The notes: a model not told the origin generated them from the letters alone. Shown: positions 1 to 8,415, counted from the first letter of the stretch. The stretch: 32,000 nucleotides of DNA from an uncultured archaeon (GCA_964595665.1 CAZQQS010000004.1:10719-42718); one strand, 5' to 3'. Numbers and translations are program-made.

Positions 1-1526
1 CCATTTTTATATAAAACTGATAAATAATTATCAAAAATATTCTTTTTAACAATTCCATCTTCAATGTGTTTGTACATATATCTTAAAATAAAAGTAACAT
101 TGATGGTGTCAAATTTATCATAATAATCTTGAAAAGAATAATCAGACTTTGACTCCAAATATAGTGCATTAGCTTTTACAGGTTTATTCTCAGCATCTCT
201 GAAAGGAAATGATACTATAAAACTCATATCTATAACTCCTGAACCTTCTACAAAAATTTTTTCAGTATCTAAAGGAGTATCAACAACATATGCTGAAGAA
301 TTATTTGCACTAATTGCTTTAGAATTACATTTACCTTTCAAATTAGAATAAGTTATATTTAATTTAGAATTATCTTTCAAATCAAAACAAATATCTGCAA
401 GTCCATCTATATTTAAATTTGATAGTAATAACTCAGCATTATTTGAAGTATAAAATTTATAATCAGGCTTGATAGATTTTATATTTAATTTAGAAATATT
501 GAATTTAGAATCTAAACCATAAATTCCTGTTGCATTATTTACTAAATCATTAGATATAAAATCATTAAATAAAACTTCCTTAGATTTAAACTCAGAATTA
601 ACAAAAAACAAATCAAAACTATCTTCTGCACTTGATTTTGTTTTTGTGGATAAAAATTTATCTATATCTACTTTACTATAATCTATAGCATTTAATGCAA
701 TAGCTCTTTTTTTATCTGCAACCACATATCCCATACTTAATAAATCTGATTCTAAAGTAGTATTTTCTAATATAATCCCAAAAGCACTTGAACCATATAC
801 TCTTATAATTTCAGAATTGTTTAAAATTAATTGAGAATTTTTTACAACTAATCCCTTAGCAGGATATAAATTACCTTCAGTTCCAATCATATATACCAAT
901 AAATTATTAGAATTGAAAGTACTTGAATCTATATTAAAAGCAATAGTATCTTTTTTTCCAACAACATTTTTTATATCTAGATTTTCTGCATTAATTTCAG
1001 AATTATAAATACTTATTCCCTTAGGGGTATTTCCTTTAACACCATCTATTAATACATTTTCAAAATCAACATTTTTAGAATCTACTAACATAATCCCTGC
1101 AACAGAATCAGAAATATTTGTTATAATTAAATTTTTTAATTCAAAATTAGTTAAATTTGAAGCATAAATACCTATATTTTTAGTATTAACAATATTTAAC
1201 CCTTCTAAACGAACATTTCCACCTAATAAGTAAATTCCTTGGGTACTTCCTGTAATATTAACAACACCCTTACCAATTATTTGGATTCCTTGAGTATTTG
1301 GAATTAAAATATCTTCATTATAACTACCTTCACAAACATAAATTCTTGAACAAACAGAATCATTAGCTAAAGCCTCAGAAATAGTATAATGAGTAAATCC
1401 TCTACAATCAGAAGTATATCCATCATCATGAACATAATAATCTTGCCATTCTAAACAAGCAGAAACAAAAGAACTAAAAAATAAGATAAAAAATACTATA
1501 TTTAAAGTTTTAAAAATAAAATTCAA
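1..1526 (-). CDS. Secreted or lipid-anchored parallel beta-helix repeat surface protein (N-terminus in window, C-terminal part runs off the left edge)
   Basis: Absent from the supplied track because it is open at the window edge. My translation of the minus strand from TTG 1526-1524 stays open to position 1. It begins (M)NFIFKTLNIVFFILFFSSFVSACLEWQDYYVHDDGYTSDCRGF..., a hydrophobic signal peptide ending in Cys (lipobox-like). Degenerate G/N/I-rich repeats follow (GIYLLGGNVRLEGLNIVNTKNIGIYASNLTNFELKNLIITN...), typical of right-handed beta-helix (PbH1/NosD-like) proteins. A GAGGGTGG SD-like motif lies at 1538-1531. An in-frame TAG at 1553-1551 closes the frame and there is no in-frame ATG upstream. 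Confidence 0.6.
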   Translation of the reverse strand, partial: MNFIFKTLNIVFFILFFSSFVSACLEWQDYYVHDDGYTSDCRGFTHYTISEALANDSVCSRIYVCEGSYNEDILIPNTQGIQIIGKGVVNITGSTQGIYLLGGNVRLEGLNIVNTKNIGIYASNLTNFELKNLIITNISDSVAGIMLVDSKNVDFENVLIDGVKGNTPKGISIYNSEINAENLDIKNVVGKKDTIAFNIDSSTFNSNNLLVYMIGTEGNLYPAKGLVVKNSQLILNNSEIIRVYGSSAFGIILENTTLESDLLSMGYVVADKKRAIALNAIDYSKVDIDKFLSTKTKSSAEDSFDLFFVNSEFKSKEVLFNDFISNDLVNNATGIYGLDSKFNISKLNIKSIKPDYKFYTSNNAELLLSNLNIDGLADICFDLKDNSKLNITYSNLKGKCNSKAISANNSSAYVVDTPLDTEKIFVEGSGVIDMSFIVSFPFRDAENKPVKANALYLESKSDYSFQDYYDKFDTINVTFILRYMYKHIEDGIVKKNIFDNYLSVLYKN

Positions 1527-1589
1527 AAAACCACCCTCATAAAAACTACACTAAAATAATATCTAGTCTTTTATAAAGGTTTCTCTTAT

Positions 1590-2300
1590 TTAAGGCATAT
1601 TCCACAAAGTATCAAAATGGCCTTTAACCATGTTCTTTAAAGTTTCTTGATTATGCAATAAACCTAAATTATACATTTTAGTACTTTCGCCCAATCCCAA
1701 AATTAATTTAGAATCATCTATAACATAAGCACACATATCGTGATGCTTAGATTTTGCAAAAGTTAAATCAACATCGTAGTCTGGATGAGATATCAATTTA
1801 ACATCAATTTTATTAGATAATAATTTTAAAGAATCTTGTAATTTTTTTTGTTCTAACTCTTTATGACCAAAACCAATAATTTCTTTTTTAGCTTTACCTA
1901 ATTCTTCAATTAAAATATTAACCAAATCTTTGTTTTTATCTACGTTTACTAATTTATTTTCTTCAATATAATTATCATCAAATTTAAAGTATTCTTTTAT
2001 CATGCCAACATCTTCAGTAATACTTTGCATTTCCTTATGTTTACTATCTAATAAAGTATCTAAAACTTGATCTACATTTCTTATTCTATAAGTTTTTGGT
2101 CTATCTGAAATTTTTATAACAAATTTCATATCTATTAATTGAGAAACAACATCATAAATTCGAGTATTTGGAACATTTGAATGTGAAGCAATATCTGAGA
2201 TCTTACAAGACTTCTTTTTCAATAAAGCATATAAAACCCTTGATTGATAATCAGTTAAGCCCAATTGCTTAAATCTTGAAATAGCTCTTTCCACATCCAT
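1590..2300 (-). CDS. TrmB-family transcriptional regulator
   Basis: The N-terminal wHTH pattern FKQLGLTDYQSRVLYALLKKKSCKISDIASHSNVPNTRIYDVVSQLIDMKFV is typical of TrmB. An AGGTGAT SD lies 3 nt before the ATG. Confidence 0.8.
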   Translation of the reverse strand: MDVERAISRFKQLGLTDYQSRVLYALLKKKSCKISDIASHSNVPNTRIYDVVSQLIDMKFVIKISDRPKTYRIRNVDQVLDTLLDSKHKEMQSITEDVGMIKEYFKFDDNYIEENKLVNVDKNKDLVNILIEELGKAKKEIIGFGHKELEQKKLQDSLKLLSNKIDVKLISHPDYDVDLTFAKSKHHDMCAYVIDDSKLILGLGESTKMYNLGLLHNQETLKNMVKGHFDTLWNMP

Positions 2301-2461
2301 TTAATCACCTAAACTATATATTATATAATACAGAAACATTTATATATTCTTTGAGTTAAATACTAAAAATGCATATATTTTTAAAAAAAAGTTAAATATA
2401 AAAAAAACAAAAAAAATATAAATGCATACCCGGTATTTATTTATGTTTAAACGGTGATGTA

Positions 2462-3046
2462 ATGTTTTTATTTATGGGATTATATGATAATGAAGAAAGT
2501 TCGGAAGAACCACAAGAAGATAATTATGAAGAGCCTGAAGAAAATGAACCTGTAAAAAAGGTTATTAAAGTAAAAAATACAAAAGGAAAGGAAACTAAGT
2601 TATCTAAAGGATTTGAATTACCAGAAATATTGCCTAAAATTGGAATGTATTTAGGAATTGCAATATTAGCAATAGCTTTAATTTTTATAATTTACTTATT
2701 AGTTCAACCAAATATCTTAAAATTAAAATTAAGCCCAGATCCATCATATTTAATTTATGGATATGCGGAAACTACTTTAAATGTTGAAATAAAAAATAGC
2801 TTTGATTATAGCTTACAAGATTTAACTTTAAAAATAGTGCCAAATGACTCTGAAGCAATTGTAATTATGCCTTCAGAAGATATTAAGATTGCAATAATTG
2901 GTGAAGATGAAATTCGTAAATTAAGTTATAAAATAGGCACCGTAGGAAATGTTAATCCCGGAAAATATAGAATAGATGTTGAATTATTAACACCTCAAGA
3001 AATTATAACAGAAAAAGTATTCTGGGAAATTACAGATAGGAAATGA
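2462..3046 (+). CDS. Hypothetical single-pass membrane protein with an acidic N-terminus and a beta-rich C-terminal domain
   Basis: GGTGAT SD before the ATG. It has an acidic stretch (EESSEEPQEDNYEEPEENEP), one TM helix (IGMYLGIAILAIALIFIIYLLV), then a roughly 110-aa beta-strand-like region. No recognisable catalytic motif. Confidence 0.55.
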   Translation: MFLFMGLYDNEESSEEPQEDNYEEPEENEPVKKVIKVKNTKGKETKLSKGFELPEILPKIGMYLGIAILAIALIFIIYLLVQPNILKLKLSPDPSYLIYGYAETTLNVEIKNSFDYSLQDLTLKIVPNDSEAIVIMPSEDIKIAIIGEDEIRKLSYKIGTVGNVNPGKYRIDVELLTPQEIITEKVFWEITDRK

Positions 3047-3050
3047 GATT

Positions 3051-3506
3051 ATGGAAGATATTATTGAAAAAGAAAATAGATTTAAATTTCTTTTATCTAA
3101 AATTGATGGAGAAATATCTAAATTTAAAATTAAACAAACTACATTAGATCAAAAATTACAAGATATAAAACAAGTTACTAAAAGTTTTAATGAACAAATT
3201 CCTATAGCATTAAATGCAGATAATCAAGAAAACGTTTATGAATTATTAAAAGCGCATATTTTGGAATTAGAAAATTTAAAAGCATATATTTCTCAAGAAT
3301 TAAATAAAATAGACAAACAAAAGAAAATAGAAAATGAATTAAAAACACAATTTCAAGAAAATATTAAAGTTGAACAAAATCAATTAGGTGGCTTTAAAAT
3401 AAATTATAAAGATGAAGACATAAATAAAATCGCAGATGAAGCAATAATGAGCAAGAAATTAATTAGCACATTAAAGGAAAGCATATTTAATAAAAAAATG
3501 ATTTAA
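3051..3506 (+). CDS. Hypothetical coiled-coil protein
   Basis: K/E/Q-rich with heptad-like composition throughout. It lies 4 nt after the previous ORF, and its stop directly abuts the next ATG (TAAATG). Confidence 0.5.
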   Translation: MEDIIEKENRFKFLLSKIDGEISKFKIKQTTLDQKLQDIKQVTKSFNEQIPIALNADNQENVYELLKAHILELENLKAYISQELNKIDKQKKIENELKTQFQENIKVEQNQLGGFKINYKDEDINKIADEAIMSKKLISTLKESIFNKKMI

Positions 3507-4208
3507 ATGGTAAAAAAACAATTCTCAGAAGAAGAAATTGAAACACTAAAAAGAGAAATTGCTGGAGAAATAATTATTTCAAATAATTTAGGAAACACTT
3601 TGAAAAAATGGCAGAATATATTTGAAGTAAATCAAAAAACTCTTGCAAAAAATATGGCTATTTCTAACACAATGTTATCAGATTATCAAAATGGTAGAAG
3701 AACTAACCCTAGTATAAAATTTATTTTAAACTTTATAAATTCATTAATAAATCACGATATAAAACATAAAGAAAAAATATTAAAAAAATTAATTGAACAA
3801 AAAACCGAATTAATTTTTGAAACTAAAGAATTTAAAAAAGGAATAAAAATAAAAGTATTAGAAAAATCAGAAAAAATAAAACAAACAAACATAAAAAATA
3901 ATAATGATATTGTATATGGTATAACATATATAGATGTTCATGACATTCCAGATTTTGATAATAATGACTTACAAAAAATATTTGGAAAAACTAACAAAAG
4001 AATATTTTATATTTCAAATATAACCGATATAACTATAATTCAAATGTTTTTAAATACATTAAAAATAATAACTAATCAAAATCCTAGCGCAATAATCTTA
4101 GAATGTAGTTTAAATGAAACTGAAATCAACAAACTAGATTTTAATAATGCAATTTATTTGACAAAAGCAAATAAAACAGAAATAAAAGAAATATTAAAAG
4201 AATATTAA
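3507..4208 (+). CDS. XRE-family helix-turn-helix domain protein with an uncharacterised C-terminal domain
   Basis: HTH_3-like segment LKKWQNIFEVNQKTLAKNMAISNTMLSDYQNGRRTNPSIKFILNFINSL. The C-terminal ~130 aa are unassigned. Confidence 0.65.
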   Translation: MVKKQFSEEEIETLKREIAGEIIISNNLGNTLKKWQNIFEVNQKTLAKNMAISNTMLSDYQNGRRTNPSIKFILNFINSLINHDIKHKEKILKKLIEQKTELIFETKEFKKGIKIKVLEKSEKIKQTNIKNNNDIVYGITYIDVHDIPDFDNNDLQKIFGKTNKRIFYISNITDITIIQMFLNTLKIITNQNPSAIILECSLNETEINKLDFNNAIYLTKANKTEIKEILKEY

Positions 4209-4937
4209 TTATTTTTGATATTCAGTATTTTCTTTTGGTTTAGGTTCTTTTTTTCTTACTAAAAATGTGTTTCTAATCTTTTCTTTTCCACCAGGAAGCA
4301 TTCCTACTAACTTAAAACTTAATTTTACTTCTACATCGTGTCTTGCTTTTATTTCTTTAATAAATGCTTGTCCTACGCCCTTAGAACCAAAAAAATAATC
4401 TTTACCATTATTTACTTTTTCACTTTTTTGCAAATAAGAACCAAAATTACCCTTTTTTATTTCTTCTTTTTCAGCTAATTTTTGATATCTCTTAAATTCC
4501 TTGTCAGTTGCTAAATCAAAATTAAATCCTCTAACCTGAACAGTTGTTTGAAAATAATCACTTATTTTTTTATAACAATCTGAACAATATTGATATTTTG
4601 GACTAATCATTACGCTATCTTGAAAATTTTCTTTATCAATTGTAAAATCTAAATCTATTTGCATTTTCTTTTTAAAATAAGTTATATCAAATTTATTTAA
4701 TTTTAATTCATAATCCGATTTTAATTTATCTAAAATTAATTTTTCCAAAGTATCTTCAGAAAATGGATGCCAAAAAAAATCAGTTTTTAATCTTCCACAA
4801 GATTTACAAACAAAAACATCTTTCAGTTTTATATCAAATAACTTTTTATCTACGTAATAACAAGTTTTACACATGTTATCTACAAAATCAGATTTCTTTG
4901 TTTCTTTACCACAATTAGGGCATATTAAAGTTTGCAT
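4209..4937 (-). CDS. NMD3-family protein (archaeal homolog of the 60S export/maturation factor)
   Basis: Successive Cys pairs CPNCG...CKTCY...CKSCG...W, then CSDCY followed by TTVQVRG, match the NMD3 N-terminal zinc-binding pattern. I moved the start to ATG 4937 (MQTLICPNCG), which has a GTGAT SD 4 nt upstream. This removes the 23-nt overlap implied by the track start at 4964. Confidence 0.65.
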   Translation of the reverse strand: MQTLICPNCGKETKKSDFVDNMCKTCYYVDKKLFDIKLKDVFVCKSCGRLKTDFFWHPFSEDTLEKLILDKLKSDYELKLNKFDITYFKKKMQIDLDFTIDKENFQDSVMISPKYQYCSDCYKKISDYFQTTVQVRGFNFDLATDKEFKRYQKLAEKEEIKKGNFGSYLQKSEKVNNGKDYFFGSKGVGQAFIKEIKARHDVEVKLSFKLVGMLPGGKEKIRNTFLVRKKEPKPKENTEYQK

Positions 4938-4941
4938 AGTA

Positions 4942-6039
4942 TCACTTTTTATCTTTTTTATCATTCATTAATTTCTTTATTAAATTAGAATTTTGTTCTT
5001 TATAAAGCATCAATTCATCTAATTTATTATTTATATCATCTAAATTATTTGCTTTATTAGATTTTAAACTATTTTCTAAATCCATAAATCTTTTATTTAA
5101 ATCCATAATAGAATCATCATATTTACTAAATTCTAAAGAATTTTTCAATTCTATTATTTTTGTTCCCACAATAGCATTTATTTTACCTTCTAAATCTTTT
5201 ATAGTATTTAATTTATCTAAAGCTAATTTTATATCCTCAACATTTAATTTAGTTTTAAAATCCTTCATAAAGTCATTTATTTTAGACTCTAAAGTATCAT
5301 CTATTTTGTTTTTTGCAGAATTAACTAAATTATCTAATATTTTTGCAGAAATATTTAATGTACTATTAGTTTTTGCAATAATCTCATCAGCTTTAACTTT
5401 ATATTGGTTATAAAAATTATCTAAATCTCTATTACTTTTATTTTTTAATTCTTCAATTGTATTAGATGCCGTTTGTTTAATATTTTGAATTGCATCCATT
5501 TGTGTTTGCAAAGTATTTTTTAAATCTTCTAAATTTGTAACTATTTTATCAAAATCATCTAATTTCTTTTGAGTGTTTAAATTTACATCTTGTAATACTT
5601 TTAAAGTATTTTCTACTTCAGTTTTAATTTCTTTAATTCTTGATGCTAAAGACATATCCATTTTAGAAACTAATAATGTTCTTTGTGAATCAATTATAGT
5701 TTTCATTTTAGCAATTTCTGTTGAAGTAATTTGTTTAACACTTTCTTTGATTTGTGAATCTAACTCCAATTGTTTCTTATTAATTTCATCTAATTTTTGA
5801 TTTACTAAAGTTACCATTCCTTCAGACCAAACATCATTTTGAGAAGAATCTTCAATTAATAAGTCTTGTTTCTTTGGTTTTTTATCTTTATCATTGGATT
5901 TTTTATTCTTAAAAGATTCTAAAGTCTTTTTTGCATAATCGTAATCTACGCCAGCATCAACTAAACTTGCGACAATATCTTCATCTTCCATACCTAAAGA
6001 AATCATCTTCTGAATACTTTCGATAATAATCTCATCCAT
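4942..6039 (-). CDS. Long coiled-coil protein with an N-terminal UBA-like three-helix module
   Basis: The N-terminus IQKMISLGMEDEDIVASLVDAGVDYDYAKKTLESF resembles the UBA consensus. A Lys-rich linker (KKSNDKDKKPKKQ) follows, then about 290 aa of uninterrupted coiled-coil-like sequence. Confidence 0.55.
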   Translation of the reverse strand: MDEIIIESIQKMISLGMEDEDIVASLVDAGVDYDYAKKTLESFKNKKSNDKDKKPKKQDLLIEDSSQNDVWSEGMVTLVNQKLDEINKKQLELDSQIKESVKQITSTEIAKMKTIIDSQRTLLVSKMDMSLASRIKEIKTEVENTLKVLQDVNLNTQKKLDDFDKIVTNLEDLKNTLQTQMDAIQNIKQTASNTIEELKNKSNRDLDNFYNQYKVKADEIIAKTNSTLNISAKILDNLVNSAKNKIDDTLESKINDFMKDFKTKLNVEDIKLALDKLNTIKDLEGKINAIVGTKIIELKNSLEFSKYDDSIMDLNKRFMDLENSLKSNKANNLDDINNKLDELMLYKEQNSNLIKKLMNDKKDKK

Positions 6040-6089
6040 ATTATATATAATAAGTATAGCTTTATATTTTTAATCTTTATTAATTTTTA

Positions 6090-6590
6090 ATGGATTCTTT
6101 AATATTTGTAGAAAAATGCGCCCTTTTGTTTAATAATACACATTTTTTAAATCTTTTTTGGGAAATAATTACAAATTTATTTCCAATTATTTTAATTATT
6201 ACATTAATATTTTTAGTGCATAAAAAAAAGAATTATATTTATTTAGCAATATTTGCTTTAAATTTAACTTTGGGATTATTATTAAAAAAAATAATTACTT
6301 TATTTTATTTTAGTCCGAGACCTTATGAGCTATTAAATTTAGTTAAAACAAATATTATGGACAATTCGTTTTTTAGTAATCATACTTTTTTAGTATTTGT
6401 TACAGCTTTTTTTATAATTCAAATAACTGATAATAAAATAATAAAATATTCTGCAATAATTTTAGCAATAATTACTGCATTTTCGAGAATAGTTTTAGCT
6501 CAACATTATTTAATAGATATTGTATTTGGGCTAATATTTGCCCAAATATTTTATATAATAAGCATTAAAGTGTATAAAAAATATTTTTAA
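6090..6590 (+). CDS. PAP2-superfamily membrane phosphatase
   Basis: The three PAP2 motifs occur in order: KKIITLFYFSPRP (KxxxxxxRP), SNH (PSGH-like) and SRIVLAQHYLIDIV (SRxxxxxHxxxD). The protein is multi-TM. Confidence 0.7.
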   Translation: MDSLIFVEKCALLFNNTHFLNLFWEIITNLFPIILIITLIFLVHKKKNYIYLAIFALNLTLGLLLKKIITLFYFSPRPYELLNLVKTNIMDNSFFSNHTFLVFVTAFFIIQITDNKIIKYSAIILAIITAFSRIVLAQHYLIDIVFGLIFAQIFYIISIKVYKKYF

Positions 6591-7153
6591 TCCTTATCAT
6601 CATCTGCAAATGTTTCAGCATAAAAATAATATATGTCTAAAAGTTTTCTATTCCAAGTAGATTCTTGTAATCCAGCTTCCAAACATAATCTATCTAAAAA
6701 TTCATATTTATCAGGATACATTTTCCACATAGTAGGTAAGAAAACTGTTTTTTGTAAACCTTCTTTAATTACTAAACCCATTCTTGAATCTATTTTAGAT
6801 AATAAATCATCTTTAGTATTATATTCTAATTTTTTAACTTCTGTTAATAAAGAAATTTCAATAGTTAATCTTGGCAAATCTAATTTTGTTATAGGTTTAT
6901 GTTTTTTTGAATAAAACCCAGCATTAATTGCATTTTCAATTACTCCTTGATAAATATATTTCAAAGGTTCAACATATCCTGAAACGGCTCTTAAATAATT
7001 GTCTTCGATAAAAACAACATATACACCTTTTTTCTCAAAACAATCATCTTTTAATGATGTAAAATCAGGAACAAATTCTTTATTCATTAATTTTGTCTCT
7101 AATGCTGTTCTAGCAAACTCTAATAATTGTTTTTGCACTGCTTTTGAAGTCAT
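6587..7153 (-). CDS. AMMECR1-domain protein
   Basis: AMMECR1-like layout: LLEFARTALE...GVYVVFIEDNYLRAVSGYVEP...ENAINAGF...DLPRLTIEISLL...GLVIKEGLQKTVFLPTMW. I moved the start to ATG 7153, which follows a GGTGGG SD; the track start at 7168 is TTG. The canonical LRGCIG motif reads LRAVSG here. Confidence 0.75.
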   Translation of the reverse strand: MTSKAVQKQLLEFARTALETKLMNKEFVPDFTSLKDDCFEKKGVYVVFIEDNYLRAVSGYVEPLKYIYQGVIENAINAGFYSKKHKPITKLDLPRLTIEISLLTEVKKLEYNTKDDLLSKIDSRMGLVIKEGLQKTVFLPTMWKMYPDKYEFLDRLCLEAGLQESTWNRKLLDIYYFYAETFADDDKD

Positions 7154-7180
7154 AATCCCACCAACCAAATTTATATTTAT

Positions 7181-7288
7181 TCACTCTTTTTCAACATTTT
7201 TATTATTTTTCTTATCTCTATAATTAAATATTAATATGAATATAATTAAAAGCACTATCATAATTAACAAAGTTATTGTTATAATCAT
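7181..7288 (-). CDS. Possible 35-aa single-TM micro-protein
   Basis: Not in the track. It reads MIITITLLIMIVLLIIFILIFNYRDKKNNKNVEKE followed by TGA (7183-7181). Its ATG (7288-7286) overlaps the TAA of the upstream M50 gene (TAATG coupling). It fills an otherwise unexplained gap in the operon. Confidence 0.3.
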   Translation of the reverse strand: MIITITLLIMIVLLIIFILIFNYRDKKNNKNVEKE

Positions 7289-8406
7289 TACAACACCCTA
7301 TGTATTTTAATATAATCTGCAAAATCTGTTCTTTTAATTACCCCTATAATCCCTTTTTCTTTACCTTCTACTACAGGCATAATCTCCAAATCTTTGGCAA
7401 CCATATATTGTGCAACAAAAGCTAAATTCTCTCGAACATTTATCGCATCAACAACTCTCGCAATTTTAACTACCTTAGTTCCAGGCCACAAATCTTTACT
7501 TAATTTAGAAATATCTTCTACACTAATTACCCCATAACCTTCATTTAACTCTACAACTGCATCTGGAATTCTTAAATCTTTCATTTTAGAAAAACAATCC
7601 ATTACACTTGTATCACTTTTAAACAATAAATCAGGCTTGACCATAAAAGTCTTAATAGATTTACCCTCTAAAACGCGCAAAATCTCATATTCTCTAAATT
7701 CTCTCATTGTAGCATAATAAATAAATAAACCAATTAAAACAATCAAAATATCCCAAAAGAATAATCCAGTTAAAACAACAATTAATGCCACAACCTTACT
7801 CAAATATGGAACAATCTTATTTGCAGTAGTTTCTCCAAAGATTATAGTTAATAATGCTTTTATTAATCGTCCACCATCCATAGGCATAGCAAATATAAAT
7901 GCATTAAATGAAAATAATAAAAATGCAATCCAAAACACAAAAAACAATGGAAAACTAACTAAACTAAAATCTATTGTTTGTGCCGTTAATGTATTTTTTA
8001 ATAATATTTCAGCAGGCCATAATTGAGGCAATAATAAAGTACCAATTAATGCAGCACCAAGCATTATTAAAAAATAAACTAATAAACCCACAAACCCATA
8101 AATTAATTCTTGTTTTGGATTATCAAAATCTTTACCAAAAAATTTCTTTGTGCCAAAAGGATAAACAATATATTTTCTTAATTTCAAAGAAAACCTTTTA
8201 GCCAATAATAATTGAAAACCATCATGAATTAAATTAAAAACAATAAACGTAACAAAAAGTAAAAAAACAAATAAAGCTTTTAGATTATGAAAAATTATTA
8301 AACCTAAAAGCAAACCTATAAAGAAAAATATAAAAGTAGTATCGATCTCAAAGATACCAATAGTCAAAGTAAATTTAGATTTTGACTTAAAGGTATCCAA
8401 GATCAT
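7288..8406 (-). CDS. M50 (site-2 protease) family membrane protein with a C-terminal CBS pair and a degenerate HExxH motif
   Basis: It has a multi-TM core, the second M50 motif NAFIFAMPMDGGRL (NxxPxxxLDG) and two CBS-like modules at the C-terminus. The zinc motif position reads HDGFQ (8226-8212) instead of HExxH. A GAGTGAT SD precedes the ATG. Confidence 0.8.
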   Translation of the reverse strand: MILDTFKSKSKFTLTIGIFEIDTTFIFFFIGLLLGLIIFHNLKALFVFLLFVTFIVFNLIHDGFQLLLAKRFSLKLRKYIVYPFGTKKFFGKDFDNPKQELIYGFVGLLVYFLIMLGAALIGTLLLPQLWPAEILLKNTLTAQTIDFSLVSFPLFFVFWIAFLLFSFNAFIFAMPMDGGRLIKALLTIIFGETTANKIVPYLSKVVALIVVLTGLFFWDILIVLIGLFIYYATMREFREYEILRVLEGKSIKTFMVKPDLLFKSDTSVMDCFSKMKDLRIPDAVVELNEGYGVISVEDISKLSKDLWPGTKVVKIARVVDAINVRENLAFVAQYMVAKDLEIMPVVEGKEKGIIGVIKRTDFADYIKIHRVL

Positions 8407-8415
8407 TTAAATCAC

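Noticed and set aside
4942-4964. Apparent 23-nt overlap between the coiled-coil gene and the NMD3 gene, as a possible programmed overlap or frameshift.
   Set aside because: It is explained by choosing the internal ATG at 4937, which has a GTGAT SD. The track simply reports the longest ORF.
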